Part shown: positions 30,883 to 41,005 of the stretch, one piece after another
How positions within the stretch are numbered: the first letter of the stretch is position 1
How the letters are laid out: every line of letters begins with the position of its first letter
Assembly (NCBI GenBank): GCA_965232515.1
Contig: CBDDPY010000002.1
Span: forward strand, 1-64,000
Source: Alphaproteobacteria bacterium
Lineage (GTDB): Bacteria; Pseudomonadota; Alphaproteobacteria; GCA-2731375
Reading direction: 5' to 3'
Length of the DNA stretch: 64,000 nt
Notes under the pieces: generated by a model
What the model saw: only the letters and a program-made list of their open reading frames with translations
What the model was told of the DNA's origin: nothing
Databases searched by the model: none
Position numbers and translations under genes: made by a program

Positions 30883-32304
30883 CTAGTCGCCGTCATCATC
30901 GTCGTCGTCGTCGTCGTCATCGTCATCGTCGTCATCGTCATCGTCGTCATCGTCGTCGTCACCGCCGCCGCCACCTCCGCCGCCGCCGCCACCGCCGCCA
31001 CCGCCGCCGCCGCCATCGCCGCCGTCGTCTCCGCCCTCGCCGTCACCACCGCCAGAGCCACCGCCGCCCGAGCCGCCACCGCCGCCGGAACCGCCGCCGC
31101 CGCCGGATCCGCCTCCGCCGCCGCCATCGCCGTCGGAGCCGCCACCGCCACCGCCATCGCCTGCGTCGCCGTCGCCGCCGCCGTCGTCACCATGGCCGTC
31201 ATCGCCGCCTTCGGCATCTTCGCCCGCCGCGTTGCTGTCATCATCGGCGTCGCCACTGTCGGCGTCGTCTGCATCTTCGCCGGCCGCGCTGCTGTCGTTA
31301 CCGGCCGTTCCGTTGTCCGCGCCGCCACTGCTGCCAGCGCCCGCCGACCCCGCGCCGGCGCCTGCCGATCCCGCCGTGCCCGCCGGACCGGCCGGACTTC
31401 CGGATGCATCGGTCGAAGCGCCCGACGAACCCGCCTGACCGGCGGAGGGGCCGGTTGCGCTGGTCGAAACATCCACGCCGTCCGAGTCTGCGCCGGCCGC
31501 GGCGGATTGACCGGGGCCGATATCGACTTCTGTGGCGCCCGCGCTCGGCGCGACGCCGACGACACCTTCGGTGACGCCGACGCTGCTCTTCTGGCCGGCG
31601 ACCGCGACGCTGAAGCTCGTGCCCTTGACGCTGGCGACCAGATAGCGGGTCTCGACCTCGAACTTGCCGGATGGTCGACGCTGTTTGGAGAAAAGCACGT
31701 TGCTCAACCGGTTCCCGGCGCCTGTCGCTTCGCCTTTGCGGTGCCGCCGGGCCACGTCATAGCGGGCCGTGCCGGATCGCTGTCGGATGTGCACATCGGG
31801 CGGCGCCTTGCCGACGAGAATGCGGAGCCGGCTGTTCGGCGCAATGGTGATTCGGTCCGCGCCGTTGCCGAGAACGGCATAGCCGGTCACGCCGGTTTCG
31901 ATGTGGCTGTTTTTCGGCACGACCACGCCCGTCTCCGAGTGCCGCCAGACGCTGCCCGGATGGCCATCGATACGGTGCTGGACCCTGCCGTTCACCTCGA
32001 GGAAACGCCATTTGGGCGCCGGCCTCAACACAACGGTCCGTTCATTCGCGGCAGGCCGCGGAGCAGGACGCGCATACGATTGAGACTGCGCCGCGGCATG
32101 GTTCGGCAGCAGCGACAGGGCCACCGGCGGCAGAGCGCCATCGGGCACGGTTATAACCGCCTCGGTCGTCGCGACCAGGAGCAGCAGGGCGAGACCGAAG
32201 CCGATGGTCAATCGGCAAATCGATTGGCGTCGTTGCCCCGGATTGGTGTGGGTGCGCTGGTCCGTCGCTGTTACGCGACGGCGCAATCTCAACATCGCGG
32301 ACAT
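30883..32304 (-). CDS. FecR-like domain protein with Gly/Ser/Asp low-complexity C-terminal tail
   Basis: N-terminal TM; IETG..G, FEVETRYLVASVKGTSFSV, VTEGVVGV FecR-like motifs; tail (G4-5S)n...G18-D23-GD. Confidence 0.8.
   Translation of the reverse strand: MSAMLRLRRRVTATDQRTHTNPGQRRQSICRLTIGFGLALLLLVATTEAVITVPDGALPPVALSLLPNHAAAQSQSYARPAPRPAANERTVVLRPAPKWRFLEVNGRVQHRIDGHPGSVWRHSETGVVVPKNSHIETGVTGYAVLGNGADRITIAPNSRLRILVGKAPPDVHIRQRSGTARYDVARRHRKGEATGAGNRLSNVLFSKQRRPSGKFEVETRYLVASVKGTSFSVAVAGQKSSVGVTEGVVGVAPSAGATEVDIGPGQSAAAGADSDGVDVSTSATGPSAGQAGSSGASTDASGSPAGPAGTAGSAGAGAGSAGAGSSGGADNGTAGNDSSAAGEDADDADSGDADDDSNAAGEDAEGGDDGHGDDGGGDGDAGDGGGGGGSDGDGGGGGGSGGGGGSGGGGGSGGGGSGGGDGEGGDDGGDGGGGGGGGGGGGGGGGGGDDDDDDDDDDDDDDDDDDDDDDDGD
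30886..31260. repeat. coding trinucleotide low-complexity tract (poly-Asp, poly-Gly)
   Basis: 23 mixed GAC/GAT codons (30892..30960) and 18 Gly codons (30961..31014) on the minus strand. Confidence 0.9.
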
Positions 32305-32558
32305 GGCCGATACCCCTGGCCCCCATGGCGATGATCGCCGAGGTGTTCGCCGATACGGCGGCCTCCGGTATTTTTCTAAACTCGTGCGGGTACAGAATAG
32401 ATCTTGAAGGTGAATCAGCCGTTTATGAGTGCGGCTAACACTTATGATTGATTTATATGGTGAATATTCCGAGTTATGGTTTCAGCGGGCTGACCTGATT
32501 AACGGCCTCGACGCGGCGGGCGCCGGACTTGGGGCGCGGGTGGCGGTCCGCCATCCGG

Positions 32559-33803
32559 TCATCTGTTTCGCCCCGTAAACCCGAACAGCTGCCCCGCGAT
32601 CTTGCGGATGTGGATTTCCTCGGCGCCTTCGGTGATGCGGTAGCGGCGGTGGTGGCGGTAGATGTGCTCGAACGGCAGCGCCCTTGTATAGCCGATGCCG
32701 CCATGCACCTGGATCGCCCGGTCGGCCGCCTCGCAGGCGAGCCGGTTCGCGCGGTAGTTCGCCATCGAGACCTGGTCGCTGACCGCCATATGGTCCTGCT
32801 GGTCCAGGTGCCAGGCGGTCTTGTAGACGAGGTTGCGGACCATCTCGGTGTCCGTGTGCAGCTCGGTCAGCGGGAACTGGATCGCCTGCTGCGTCGCCAG
32901 CGGCTTGCCCCAGGTCACGCGTTCCCGGGCATAAGCGACGCTCTCGGCGATGCAGTAGCAGGCGACGCCGACGCTTGAGGCGGCCTGGCGGATGCGGTTC
33001 TCGTGCACGAAATGCTGCGCCAGGACGAGGCCCTCGCCCTCCTCGTGCAGGATGGCGTCGGCCGGCACGCGCACGTCGGTCAGCCGCACCTCCGCGTGGT
33101 CCGACGGCATGTTGAAGGTCCAGTGCATATAGGGCACCTCGAAGCCCGGCAGATCCGTCGGCACCAGGAACGCCGTGATCCCGCGCGCCTGTCCGGGCTC
33201 GCCTGAGGTGCGCGCGAACACCAGATCGTGCGTCGCGTTGTGCAGGCCGCTGTTGAAGCGTTTCTCGCCGTTGATGACCCAATCGCTGCCGTCCCGCCGC
33301 GCCGTGGTCTCCAGATAGGTCGCGTCGCTGCCGTGGTTCGGCTCGGTCAGGCCGAAGCCGACCCGGCGCTTACCGGTGATCATGTCTTCCAGGAATGCGT
33401 CCTTCTGCGCTGCCGTGCCGAATTCGTAGATCATGTGCACCAGCGGCAGGTTGCCGACCACGGACGACTCGTTCTGCAGATCGTTGTGCAGGCCCAGGCC
33501 TTTCGCCGCCAGATGCTCGCGGATCACGGCCATGGCGAGATTGCCGCCGGCCTCGCCGCCGAGCGCGCGCGGCAGTGCGAATCGGAAATGTCCCGCCGCG
33601 TCCGCCCGCCGCCGCATCTCCGCCAGCACGTCCTCCCATGCCTTCGACGGGATGCCGTCGGCCTGCCAATCGGTGCGGGCGTATTCGCGCCGGTGGTCGA
33701 AGAACTGCCGGTTCTCGTCCTCAAGCGGCTTGATCTCGGCCGCGATGAAGGCGTCGAGCGCGTCGAGCTTCGCCTGAATGTCCTCGGGAATCGTGAAGTC
33801 CAT
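32559..33803 (-). CDS. acyl-CoA dehydrogenase family protein
   Basis: GFGLTEPNHGSDA, INGEKRF, QAIQF, AIQVHGGIG, RITEGAEE. Confidence 0.93.
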   Translation of the reverse strand: MDFTIPEDIQAKLDALDAFIAAEIKPLEDENRQFFDHRREYARTDWQADGIPSKAWEDVLAEMRRRADAAGHFRFALPRALGGEAGGNLAMAVIREHLAAKGLGLHNDLQNESSVVGNLPLVHMIYEFGTAAQKDAFLEDMITGKRRVGFGLTEPNHGSDATYLETTARRDGSDWVINGEKRFNSGLHNATHDLVFARTSGEPGQARGITAFLVPTDLPGFEVPYMHWTFNMPSDHAEVRLTDVRVPADAILHEEGEGLVLAQHFVHENRIRQAASSVGVACYCIAESVAYARERVTWGKPLATQQAIQFPLTELHTDTEMVRNLVYKTAWHLDQQDHMAVSDQVSMANYRANRLACEAADRAIQVHGGIGYTRALPFEHIYRHHRRYRITEGAEEIHIRKIAGQLFGFTGRNR

Positions 33804-33875
33804 GGTTGATCGCCTCCGCTAGCCGTACCTGCATTTGCTATCCTACGGCACCAGCGGAAATCGTGGAGAGGCGTA

Positions 33876-36212
33876 ATGGGTCAGTTCGGGGTCAGTCAGT
33901 CCGTTGTCCGGCGCGAGGATGCGCCGTTGCTGAAAGGTGAGGGGCGGTTCGTCGACGACCGTGCGCCCGACGGCCTGGCGCACGGCTATGTCCTGCGCTC
34001 GCCCTACGGCCATGCGCGCATCGAGCGGATCGATGTGTCGGAGGCCGCCGCCGCGCCGGGCGTGCTGGCGGTCTACACAGCCGCCGATCTCAAGGCCGAC
34101 GGCATCGGCGACATCCCCTGCCTGGCGAAGCTGACCTGGAAGCCCGGCACGCCGTTCCGGCCACACGTGCAGGCGGCGCTGGCGGCGGACGCCGTGCGCT
34201 ATGCCGGCGACCCCGTCGCCTTCGTGGTCGCCGAAACGCTGGCGCAAGCCCGCGACGCGGCCGAGCTGATCGAGATCGACTACGACGATCTGCCGGCCGT
34301 GACAGACTGCGCCGCGGCGGCGCGGCCGGATGCGCCGGTGATCTGGGCCGACGATCCCGACAACGTCTGTTTCGAGTGGGAGCTGGGCGACCGGGCTGCG
34401 ACAGAGGCCGCCATCGCCAGCGCCGCCCATGTCGTCTCGCTCGAGGTCGTCAATAATCGCGTCGTGCTGAGCGCCATCGAGACTCGCGGCGCCGTCGGCG
34501 AATATGACGCGGCTGCCGCCAAGTTCACGCTGCACACCGGTTCGCAGATGCCGCATTCCATCCGCGATCAGCTCGCTGGCGACATCTTCGGCGTGACGCC
34601 GGAACAGGTGCGGGTCGTCATCGAAGACGTCGGCGGCGGCTTCGGCGGCAAGAACTCGCTCTACCCTGAACAGGTCCTGGTGCTCTATGCGGCGCGCCAG
34701 CTCGGCCGGCCGGTGAAATGGATCGGCGAGCGCAGCGACGCCTTCGTCAGCGACTATCACGGCCGCGACAACGTCAACCGCGGCGAGCTGGCGCTCGACG
34801 CCGACGGCCGGTTCCTCGCCATCCGCTTGACGACAACGGCGAACATCGGCGGCTACATCGCCAATCGCGGCGCCGTCTCGCCGGTGAACGGCTGCGTCAT
34901 GCTGTCGAACACCTACGCCATCCCGGCGCTCTATGCCGACGTCAAGGCGGTCTACACCAACACCGTGCCGACCGATCCCTACCGTGGCGCCGGCCGGCCG
35001 GAGGTGCTCTATCTGATCGAGCGGCTGATCGACGCCGCCGCCAATGATCTGGGCATCGACCGGGTCGAGCTGCGCCGGCGCAACTGCATCCCCAAGGACG
35101 CCTTTCCCTACGCCTCGCCGACGGGCCTCAGCTATGACTCGGCCGACTTCGCCATGGTCATGGACGAAGCGCTTGAACAGTCTGGCTGGTCGGGCATCGA
35201 CGCACGTCGGACCGAGGCGAAGCAACGCGGCCGCCTACGCGGCATCGGCATGGCGAACTACATCGAGCGCTGCGGCGGCGGCGCCGGGCTGGGCGAGGGG
35301 GCGCGCATCCGCTTCGAGGCAGACGGTTCGGTGACGGTCTTCTCGGGCGCAATGGCGAACGGCCAGGCGCACGCCACCGCCTTCAGCCAGATCGTCAACG
35401 AGTGGCTCGGCCTGCCGTTCGAAAAGATCGCGGTCGTCGAGGGCGACACCGACCTGGTCCCCACCGGCACCGGCACCGGCGGGTCCTGGTCGATCCCCAT
35501 GGGCGGCGGCGCCGTCTGCCTCGCCGCCGACAAGATCGTCGACAAGGCCCGGCGCATCGCCGCGCACCTGCTGGAGGCGGCCGAGGCCGATCTCGAATTC
35601 GCCGACGGCGCCTTCACCGTCGCCGGCACCGACATCAGCACCACGTTGGGCGACGTCGCCCGCGCCGCCTTCGATCCGGCGAACCTACCGGACGGCATGG
35701 AACCGGGCCTAGACGAGGACGCCCGCTTCACGCCCGACAACTTCACCTTCCCCTATGGCTGCCATATCTGCGAGGTCGAGGTCGATCCCGAGACCGGCGC
35801 CGTCGAGATCGTCGACTACACCGCCGTGCACGATTTCGGCCGCGCGCTGAATCCATCGCTGCTGGCGGGTCAGGTGCATGGCGGTCTGGCCCAGGGCATC
35901 GGTCAGGCGCTGACCGAGCACACGGTCTACGACGATAGCGGCCAGATGTTGAGCGGCTCGTTCATGGACTACGGCTTGCCGCGCGCCGACGATCTGCCGG
36001 CCTTCAACTTCGTGCGCCGCGAGACGCCGAGCCCGCGCAACCCGCTGGGCGTCAAGGGCTGCGGCGAAGCGGGCGCTGCGGGCTCGCCGCCGGCCGTGAT
36101 CAACGCCATCGTCGACGCGCTTTCGCCCTACGGCGTCCGCCACCTCGACATGCCGGCGACGCCCCAGCGCGTCTGGCAGGCACTGCATCAACGCATATCA
36201 GACCCGACCTAG
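33876..36212 (+). CDS. xanthine dehydrogenase family molybdopterin-binding subunit (CoxL-like)
   Basis: RREDAPLLKG.GRF, DVGGGFGGK, PYRGAGRPE, GQVHGGLAQGIG, PLGVKGCGE. Confidence 0.92.
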   Translation: MGQFGVSQSVVRREDAPLLKGEGRFVDDRAPDGLAHGYVLRSPYGHARIERIDVSEAAAAPGVLAVYTAADLKADGIGDIPCLAKLTWKPGTPFRPHVQAALAADAVRYAGDPVAFVVAETLAQARDAAELIEIDYDDLPAVTDCAAAARPDAPVIWADDPDNVCFEWELGDRAATEAAIASAAHVVSLEVVNNRVVLSAIETRGAVGEYDAAAAKFTLHTGSQMPHSIRDQLAGDIFGVTPEQVRVVIEDVGGGFGGKNSLYPEQVLVLYAARQLGRPVKWIGERSDAFVSDYHGRDNVNRGELALDADGRFLAIRLTTTANIGGYIANRGAVSPVNGCVMLSNTYAIPALYADVKAVYTNTVPTDPYRGAGRPEVLYLIERLIDAAANDLGIDRVELRRRNCIPKDAFPYASPTGLSYDSADFAMVMDEALEQSGWSGIDARRTEAKQRGRLRGIGMANYIERCGGGAGLGEGARIRFEADGSVTVFSGAMANGQAHATAFSQIVNEWLGLPFEKIAVVEGDTDLVPTGTGTGGSWSIPMGGGAVCLAADKIVDKARRIAAHLLEAAEADLEFADGAFTVAGTDISTTLGDVARAAFDPANLPDGMEPGLDEDARFTPDNFTFPYGCHICEVEVDPETGAVEIVDYTAVHDFGRALNPSLLAGQVHGGLAQGIGQALTEHTVYDDSGQMLSGSFMDYGLPRADDLPAFNFVRRETPSPRNPLGVKGCGEAGAAGSPPAVINAIVDALSPYGVRHLDMPATPQRVWQALHQRISDPT

Positions 36213-36323
36213 CGCGCATTGCGTCCTGCCATTGGCGGGCGCAGACTTATGACCGGCTCCTAATGGAGCCGCGCGTACGTGGCGTACGAAACAATCGTCA
36301 AACATAACAGGAGGGAACGTGTC

Positions 36324-37412
36324 ATGTTGCGCAAGCATATTGCGGCAGTCGTTGGCGTTGCGTCGTTCGGTATCCTGTTCGCGTCGGGTCCAGCATCATC
36401 CGCGGATTTCTTTGAGGGCGTCGACGCCGGCTTCCCCGGGCCGAGCGGCGACAAGGCGGTGCTGCCGCCGGATTCCAAGCTGATGCGCGTGTTCGACGGT
36501 GGCTGCATCCTGACCGAGGGCGTCGCGGCCGGCCATGACGGCATGCTGTATTTCAGCGACATCACCTTCACCAGCGCCTGCAAGGACGAGAGCGGCAAAT
36601 TCCTTCAGGCCGGCAACATCTGGAAATACGATCCGGTCAGCGGCGAGGCCACCGTCTACCGCTCGCCGTCGGGCATGTCGAACGGCATCAAGTTCGACGC
36701 CGACGGCAACATGATCGCGGCGCTGGGCGCCGACTATGGCGGCCGCATGCTGGTCAAGACCGACATGGGCACCGGCAAGAGCTACATCCTGTCCGGCCTC
36801 TACGACGGCAAGCCCTATAACGCGCTGAACGACATCAGCATCGACGAGCAAGGCCGGATCTATTTCAGCGATCCGCGCTATCTCGGCCACGAACCGGTGT
36901 TCCAGCCCGGATTCGCGGTCTATCGCCTCGACCCCGATGGCTCGGTACAGCGCATCGTCACCAACGCCGGCAAGACCAACGGCGTGCTGGTCTCGCCCGA
37001 CCAGAAAACGTTTTACGTCGTCAGCAACGACAACGGCTGGCTCGACTTCCAGAAGCTGACCGAGGGCGAGGAGACACATCAGGGCGCGCACGTGCTCTGG
37101 GCCTACGATCTCGCCGACGACGGCACCGTCAGCAACAAGCGCGAGCTGATCAACTTCGCGCCTTATAGCGGGCCCGACGGTCTCGTCGCTGACGTCGACG
37201 GCAATATCTATGTCGCGCTCCGGGCCGAGAACCGTCCCGGCATCGGCGTGCTGACGCCCGACGGCGAGGAGATCGCCTTTATTCCGACCGGCGAGGAGCT
37301 GCCGACCAATGTCGGCTTCGGCCGCGGCGAAGAGTCGGACGTGCTCTACGTCACCTCCGGCAAGAGCCTCTACAAGATCAAGATGGGCAAGAAGGGCTAT
37401 CAACTGCCCTAG
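36324..37412 (+). CDS. secreted SMP-30/gluconolactonase family protein
   Basis: Signal peptide; TEG, LYFSDI, SNG, ALND, IYFSDP, TNG, GPDG, PTNVGFG. Confidence 0.9.
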   Translation: MLRKHIAAVVGVASFGILFASGPASSADFFEGVDAGFPGPSGDKAVLPPDSKLMRVFDGGCILTEGVAAGHDGMLYFSDITFTSACKDESGKFLQAGNIWKYDPVSGEATVYRSPSGMSNGIKFDADGNMIAALGADYGGRMLVKTDMGTGKSYILSGLYDGKPYNALNDISIDEQGRIYFSDPRYLGHEPVFQPGFAVYRLDPDGSVQRIVTNAGKTNGVLVSPDQKTFYVVSNDNGWLDFQKLTEGEETHQGAHVLWAYDLADDGTVSNKRELINFAPYSGPDGLVADVDGNIYVALRAENRPGIGVLTPDGEEIAFIPTGEELPTNVGFGRGEESDVLYVTSGKSLYKIKMGKKGYQLP

Positions 37413-37438
37413 ATCCTGTCCATTTGTTCGCGTACCGG

Positions 37439-37472
37439 CGCCTCGGCCCCACAGGGCCGGGGCGTTGATTTT
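37439..37472 (+). terminator. probable intrinsic terminator
   Basis: cgcctcggccc...gggccggggcg stem followed by ttgatttt. Confidence 0.55.
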
Positions 37473-37593
37473 GTCCCCAGGTTGACGGCTCCCCGTGGAT
37501 GCCGGAGACTTTGCCCATAAATCGTGTCGAAACGACGCGACGGCCAAGGGAGCGACCTCATCGCAACCCCTGGCTTTAAGACAGGGATGCGGC

Positions 37594-38142
37594 ATGTGGG
37601 GCATTGTTCGCGCCATTGAATGGCTGACGCGCCTGTTCGGCCTGGTCGGCGCCTGGCTGGCGGCGCTGCTGATCGTCGCCATGGTCTACGAGGTGCTCTC
37701 TCGCTATCTGTTGGGCGCGCCGACCTTCTGGGCCTACGAGGTCGGCTACATGCTGATGGGCGCCAGCTTCATGTTCGGCATCGCCTATGCGCTGCAGTTG
37801 CGCCGGCACATCCGGGTCGACTTTCTTTACGACAACCTGTCGCCGAAACAGCAGGCGGCGATCGATCTCGCCGGCTTCGTGCTCCTGCTGCTGCCGGTGG
37901 TCTGTTGGACGACCTGGGGGCTGTGGGGCTATTTCCACGACGCCTACCGGTTGGGCGAGGTGTCGGGCGAGTCCGCCTGGAACCCCGTGGTCTGGCCGTT
38001 CCGCCTGACCTTCGTCGCCGGCTTCGCCATCTTCGCGCTGCAGATCCTCGCCGAGATCATCAAATGCGGCTACGTGCTGACGGGCCGCGAGCTGCCGGAC
38101 TCCACGAGCCGCGGTCCCGCCATCCCGGAGCACGTGGCGTGA
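37594..38142 (+). CDS. TRAP transporter small permease DctQ
   Basis: YEVLSRY..GAPTFWAYE, HIRVDF, WNPVVWPFR. Confidence 0.9.
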   Translation: MWGIVRAIEWLTRLFGLVGAWLAALLIVAMVYEVLSRYLLGAPTFWAYEVGYMLMGASFMFGIAYALQLRRHIRVDFLYDNLSPKQQAAIDLAGFVLLLLPVVCWTTWGLWGYFHDAYRLGEVSGESAWNPVVWPFRLTFVAGFAIFALQILAEIIKCGYVLTGRELPDSTSRGPAIPEHVA

Positions 38143-39584
38143 GCAGCATCGGTATCGGTCAAGGCGTCAGCGTCGCCCGGCCGATCGCCATCGCCGCCCT
38201 GCTGGTGGCTCTGTTCTCGCTCTTCTATCCGGTCGCCGCGCCGGCGCTCGGCATCGAGCTCAGCCGTACCAGCGTGGCGCTGTGGATGTTTCCGGCGCTG
38301 ATGGCGTTGATCTTCATGGGCTTCCCGGTGGCGTTTGCGTTGATGGGCGTCGCCTTCGTCTTCGGCCTCCTGCGCTTCGGCGACGCGGCGGTCTATCAGT
38401 TCATCACCAAGGTCAACGACGTTGCCTCCGCCTATGTGCTGGCGGCGGTGCCGCTGTTCATCTTCATGGGCGCCATGATGGAGCGCTCCGGTATCGCCGT
38501 TCGGCTGTTCGAGGCGGTGCATCTCTGGACCCGCCGGCTGCCGGGCGGGTTGGCTGTCGGCACCGTCATCATGTGCGTGATCTTCGCGGCCGCCAGCGGC
38601 GTCATCGGCGCCACGGAATCCGTCGTCGGCCTGCTGGCCATTCCGGTGATGCTGAAATACGCCTACGACAAGGGCTTGATCTCGGGCACGATCTGCGCCG
38701 GCGGCTCGCTCGGCACCATCATCCCGCCGTCGGTCGTGGTGGTGATCCTGGGGCCCGTCGCCGACGTCTCGGTCGGTGACCTGTTTGTCGGCATGCTGAT
38801 CCCGGGCCTGATGCTGTCCGGCCTCTACATTCTCTATATCCTGGCGCTCTGCATGGTGAAGCCCGAGATGGGGCCGCGGCTGCCGCCGGACGACGACGAG
38901 CCGGCGCTGCCCGAGAAAATCGCCATCACCGTACGGGCGCTGATCCCGCCGCTCGTGCTGATCTTCGCCGTGCTCGGCTCGATCATGCTGGGCTGGGCGA
39001 CGCCCACCGAGGCTGCGGCCATGGGCGCTTTCGGGTCGGTGATCCTGACGCTCGTTTACCGCACCTTCAGCTTCGGCGTTCTGCACGAGGCACTGGTCAA
39101 GACGTTGCTCATTACCGCCATGATCCTGATGATCCTGCTGGGCGGCACCATGTTCGCGGGTGTGTTCATCGCCTCGGGCGGCCTCGCCGGCACCCAGCAG
39201 ATGCTGGACGCGGCCAACCTCACGGGCTGGCCGACGCTGATCCTGATCCTGTTCCTGACGTTCATTGCCGGATTCGTTTTGGACCTGATCTCGATCATCC
39301 TGATCATCGTGCCGATCGCCATTCCGCTGATGAAGGCGTTCGGTTTCGATCCGGTCTGGTTCTGCATTTTGTTCCTGATCGTCATCCAGACCAGCTACCT
39401 GACGCCGCCGATGGCGCCCGCCATCTTCTACCTGCGCGGTATCAGCCCGCCGGAGATCCGCCTGTCCGACATGTATCGCGGCGTCGTGCCCTTCATCGCG
39501 CTCGAGATCGTCGCCCTCGGCCTCGTGATGGCGTTCCCGGCCCTTGCCCTTTGGTTGCCGTCAAAACTGCTCGGCTTCGACTGA
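38139..39584 (+). CDS. TRAP transporter large permease DctM
   Basis: GFPVAF, LAAVPLFIFMG, AGGSLGTIIPPS, ATPTEAA, QTSYLTPP; GTG start overlapping the dctQ stop (start uncertain). Confidence 0.92.
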   Translation: MSSIGIGQGVSVARPIAIAALLVALFSLFYPVAAPALGIELSRTSVALWMFPALMALIFMGFPVAFALMGVAFVFGLLRFGDAAVYQFITKVNDVASAYVLAAVPLFIFMGAMMERSGIAVRLFEAVHLWTRRLPGGLAVGTVIMCVIFAAASGVIGATESVVGLLAIPVMLKYAYDKGLISGTICAGGSLGTIIPPSVVVVILGPVADVSVGDLFVGMLIPGLMLSGLYILYILALCMVKPEMGPRLPPDDDEPALPEKIAITVRALIPPLVLIFAVLGSIMLGWATPTEAAAMGAFGSVILTLVYRTFSFGVLHEALVKTLLITAMILMILLGGTMFAGVFIASGGLAGTQQMLDAANLTGWPTLILILFLTFIAGFVLDLISIILIIVPIAIPLMKAFGFDPVWFCILFLIVIQTSYLTPPMAPAIFYLRGISPPEIRLSDMYRGVVPFIALEIVALGLVMAFPALALWLPSKLLGFD

Positions 39585-39713
39585 CGCGCCGAAAGGGACT
39601 CGGCGAACTCGCCGTTTGCGTGCCATGCTTGTGCCGCGCCGCCGATCGGTGGGCGCGGTAAGCAACGAAAAGCACTTGGGAGCGCCGCTGCCGCCCGCGG
39701 CGGATTGACGCCG

Positions 39714-40967
39714 ATGGCTGAAAACGCCGTTGACCAGGCCGAATCGGCATCGGCCGTGCGGCCGATCTGGCTGATCGTCCTGACGGTCTTCCTGCCGTTC
39801 GCCGGCGGCTATTTCCTGTCCTATCTCTACCGCTCTTTGAACGCCATCATCGCCCCCGACCTGACGGCCGAGATCGGGCTCACCGCCGGCGATCTGGGGC
39901 TGCTGACGGCGGCCTATTTCTTCGCCTTCGCCGCCTTCCAGATCCCGCTCGGGCTGCTGCTGGACCGCTTCGGGCCGCGCCGGGTGCAGGCCTGCCTGCT
40001 GCTGTCGGCGGCGGCCGGCGCGCTGATCTTCGCCGTCGGCAACGACATCGTCGCCTTGACCGTCGGCAGGGCCATGATCGGGCTGGGCGTGGCCGGCGGC
40101 TTGATGGCCTCGTTCAAGGCCATCGTCATGTGGTTCCCGCAACACCGCTGGCCGCTGGTCAACGGGCTGTTCCTGACCTGCGGCGGCCTGGGCGCATTAT
40201 CGGCGACCACGCCGGTCGAGGCCGTCCTGCAGATCACCGACTGGCGCGGTCTGTTCATCGGTCTGGCGGCGATCAATGTCGCGGTCGTGGTGGCGATCTT
40301 TTTCGTCGTGCCGGAACGGCGCACCGGGGCCGAGGCGACGGCCTTACGAGACGCGCTCATCAGCATCGGTAAGATCTATCGCGACGCCTATTTCTGGCGG
40401 CTGGCGCCGTTGAGCTTTTTCACGCTCGCCGCTGGCCTCGCCTTTCAGGGCCTCTGGGCCGGTCCCTGGCTCAAGGACGTGGTCGGCCTCGGCCGCGAGG
40501 GCGTCGCCGCGAACCTGTTCTGGCTCGCGGCCCTGCTCACCGCCGGCTTCGCGTTGAACGGCATTGTCGCCGATCTGCTGACGCGGCGCGGGGTGTCGTT
40601 GGAGCGCGTGATCGGCGGCGGCGCGCTGTTGTTTCTGCTGGCGCAAATCCCTCTGGTGCTGGGCTGGGCGCCGGGTCTGCCGCTGGTCTGGCTCGGCATG
40701 GGGCTGCTGGCGAACATCACCGCCCTGAACTTTCCGCTGCTGACCCAGCATTTCGGACCGGCGCTGAGCGGCCGCTCGAGCACGGCGCTCAACATGCTGA
40801 ATTTCGGCTGCGCTTTCGCCACGCAATACGCCATCGGCGCCATCATCGATCTCTGGCCACCGGTCGCCGAGGGCGCCTATGCGCCGGAGGCCTATCAGGT
40901 CGCCTTCGGCGTCGTGCTGGCCGCGCAGGTCCTGGCTTGGCTCTGGTTTCTGCGGCCCACGCGCTGA
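39714..40967 (+). CDS. MFS transporter
   Basis: GLLLDRFGPRR motif A; about 12 TM segments. Confidence 0.9.
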   Translation: MAENAVDQAESASAVRPIWLIVLTVFLPFAGGYFLSYLYRSLNAIIAPDLTAEIGLTAGDLGLLTAAYFFAFAAFQIPLGLLLDRFGPRRVQACLLLSAAAGALIFAVGNDIVALTVGRAMIGLGVAGGLMASFKAIVMWFPQHRWPLVNGLFLTCGGLGALSATTPVEAVLQITDWRGLFIGLAAINVAVVVAIFFVVPERRTGAEATALRDALISIGKIYRDAYFWRLAPLSFFTLAAGLAFQGLWAGPWLKDVVGLGREGVAANLFWLAALLTAGFALNGIVADLLTRRGVSLERVIGGGALLFLLAQIPLVLGWAPGLPLVWLGMGLLANITALNFPLLTQHFGPALSGRSSTALNMLNFGCAFATQYAIGAIIDLWPPVAEGAYAPEAYQVAFGVVLAAQVLAWLWFLRPTR

Positions 40968-41005
40968 GCTATCGTGACGAGAACGCAACCGGGCAGGGGC
41001 AGGGC

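Noticed and set aside
30706-32334. Poly-Arg/His, poly-Ala/Val and poly-Thr ORFs (30852..31574, 30706..32334, 30867..31565)
   Set aside because: These are alternative frames of the Gly/Asp tract; only 30883..32304 has a recognisable domain.
33876-36212. Aerobic CO dehydrogenase (form I)
   Set aside because: It lacks AYxCSFR, and no coxM, coxS or accessory genes are adjacent.
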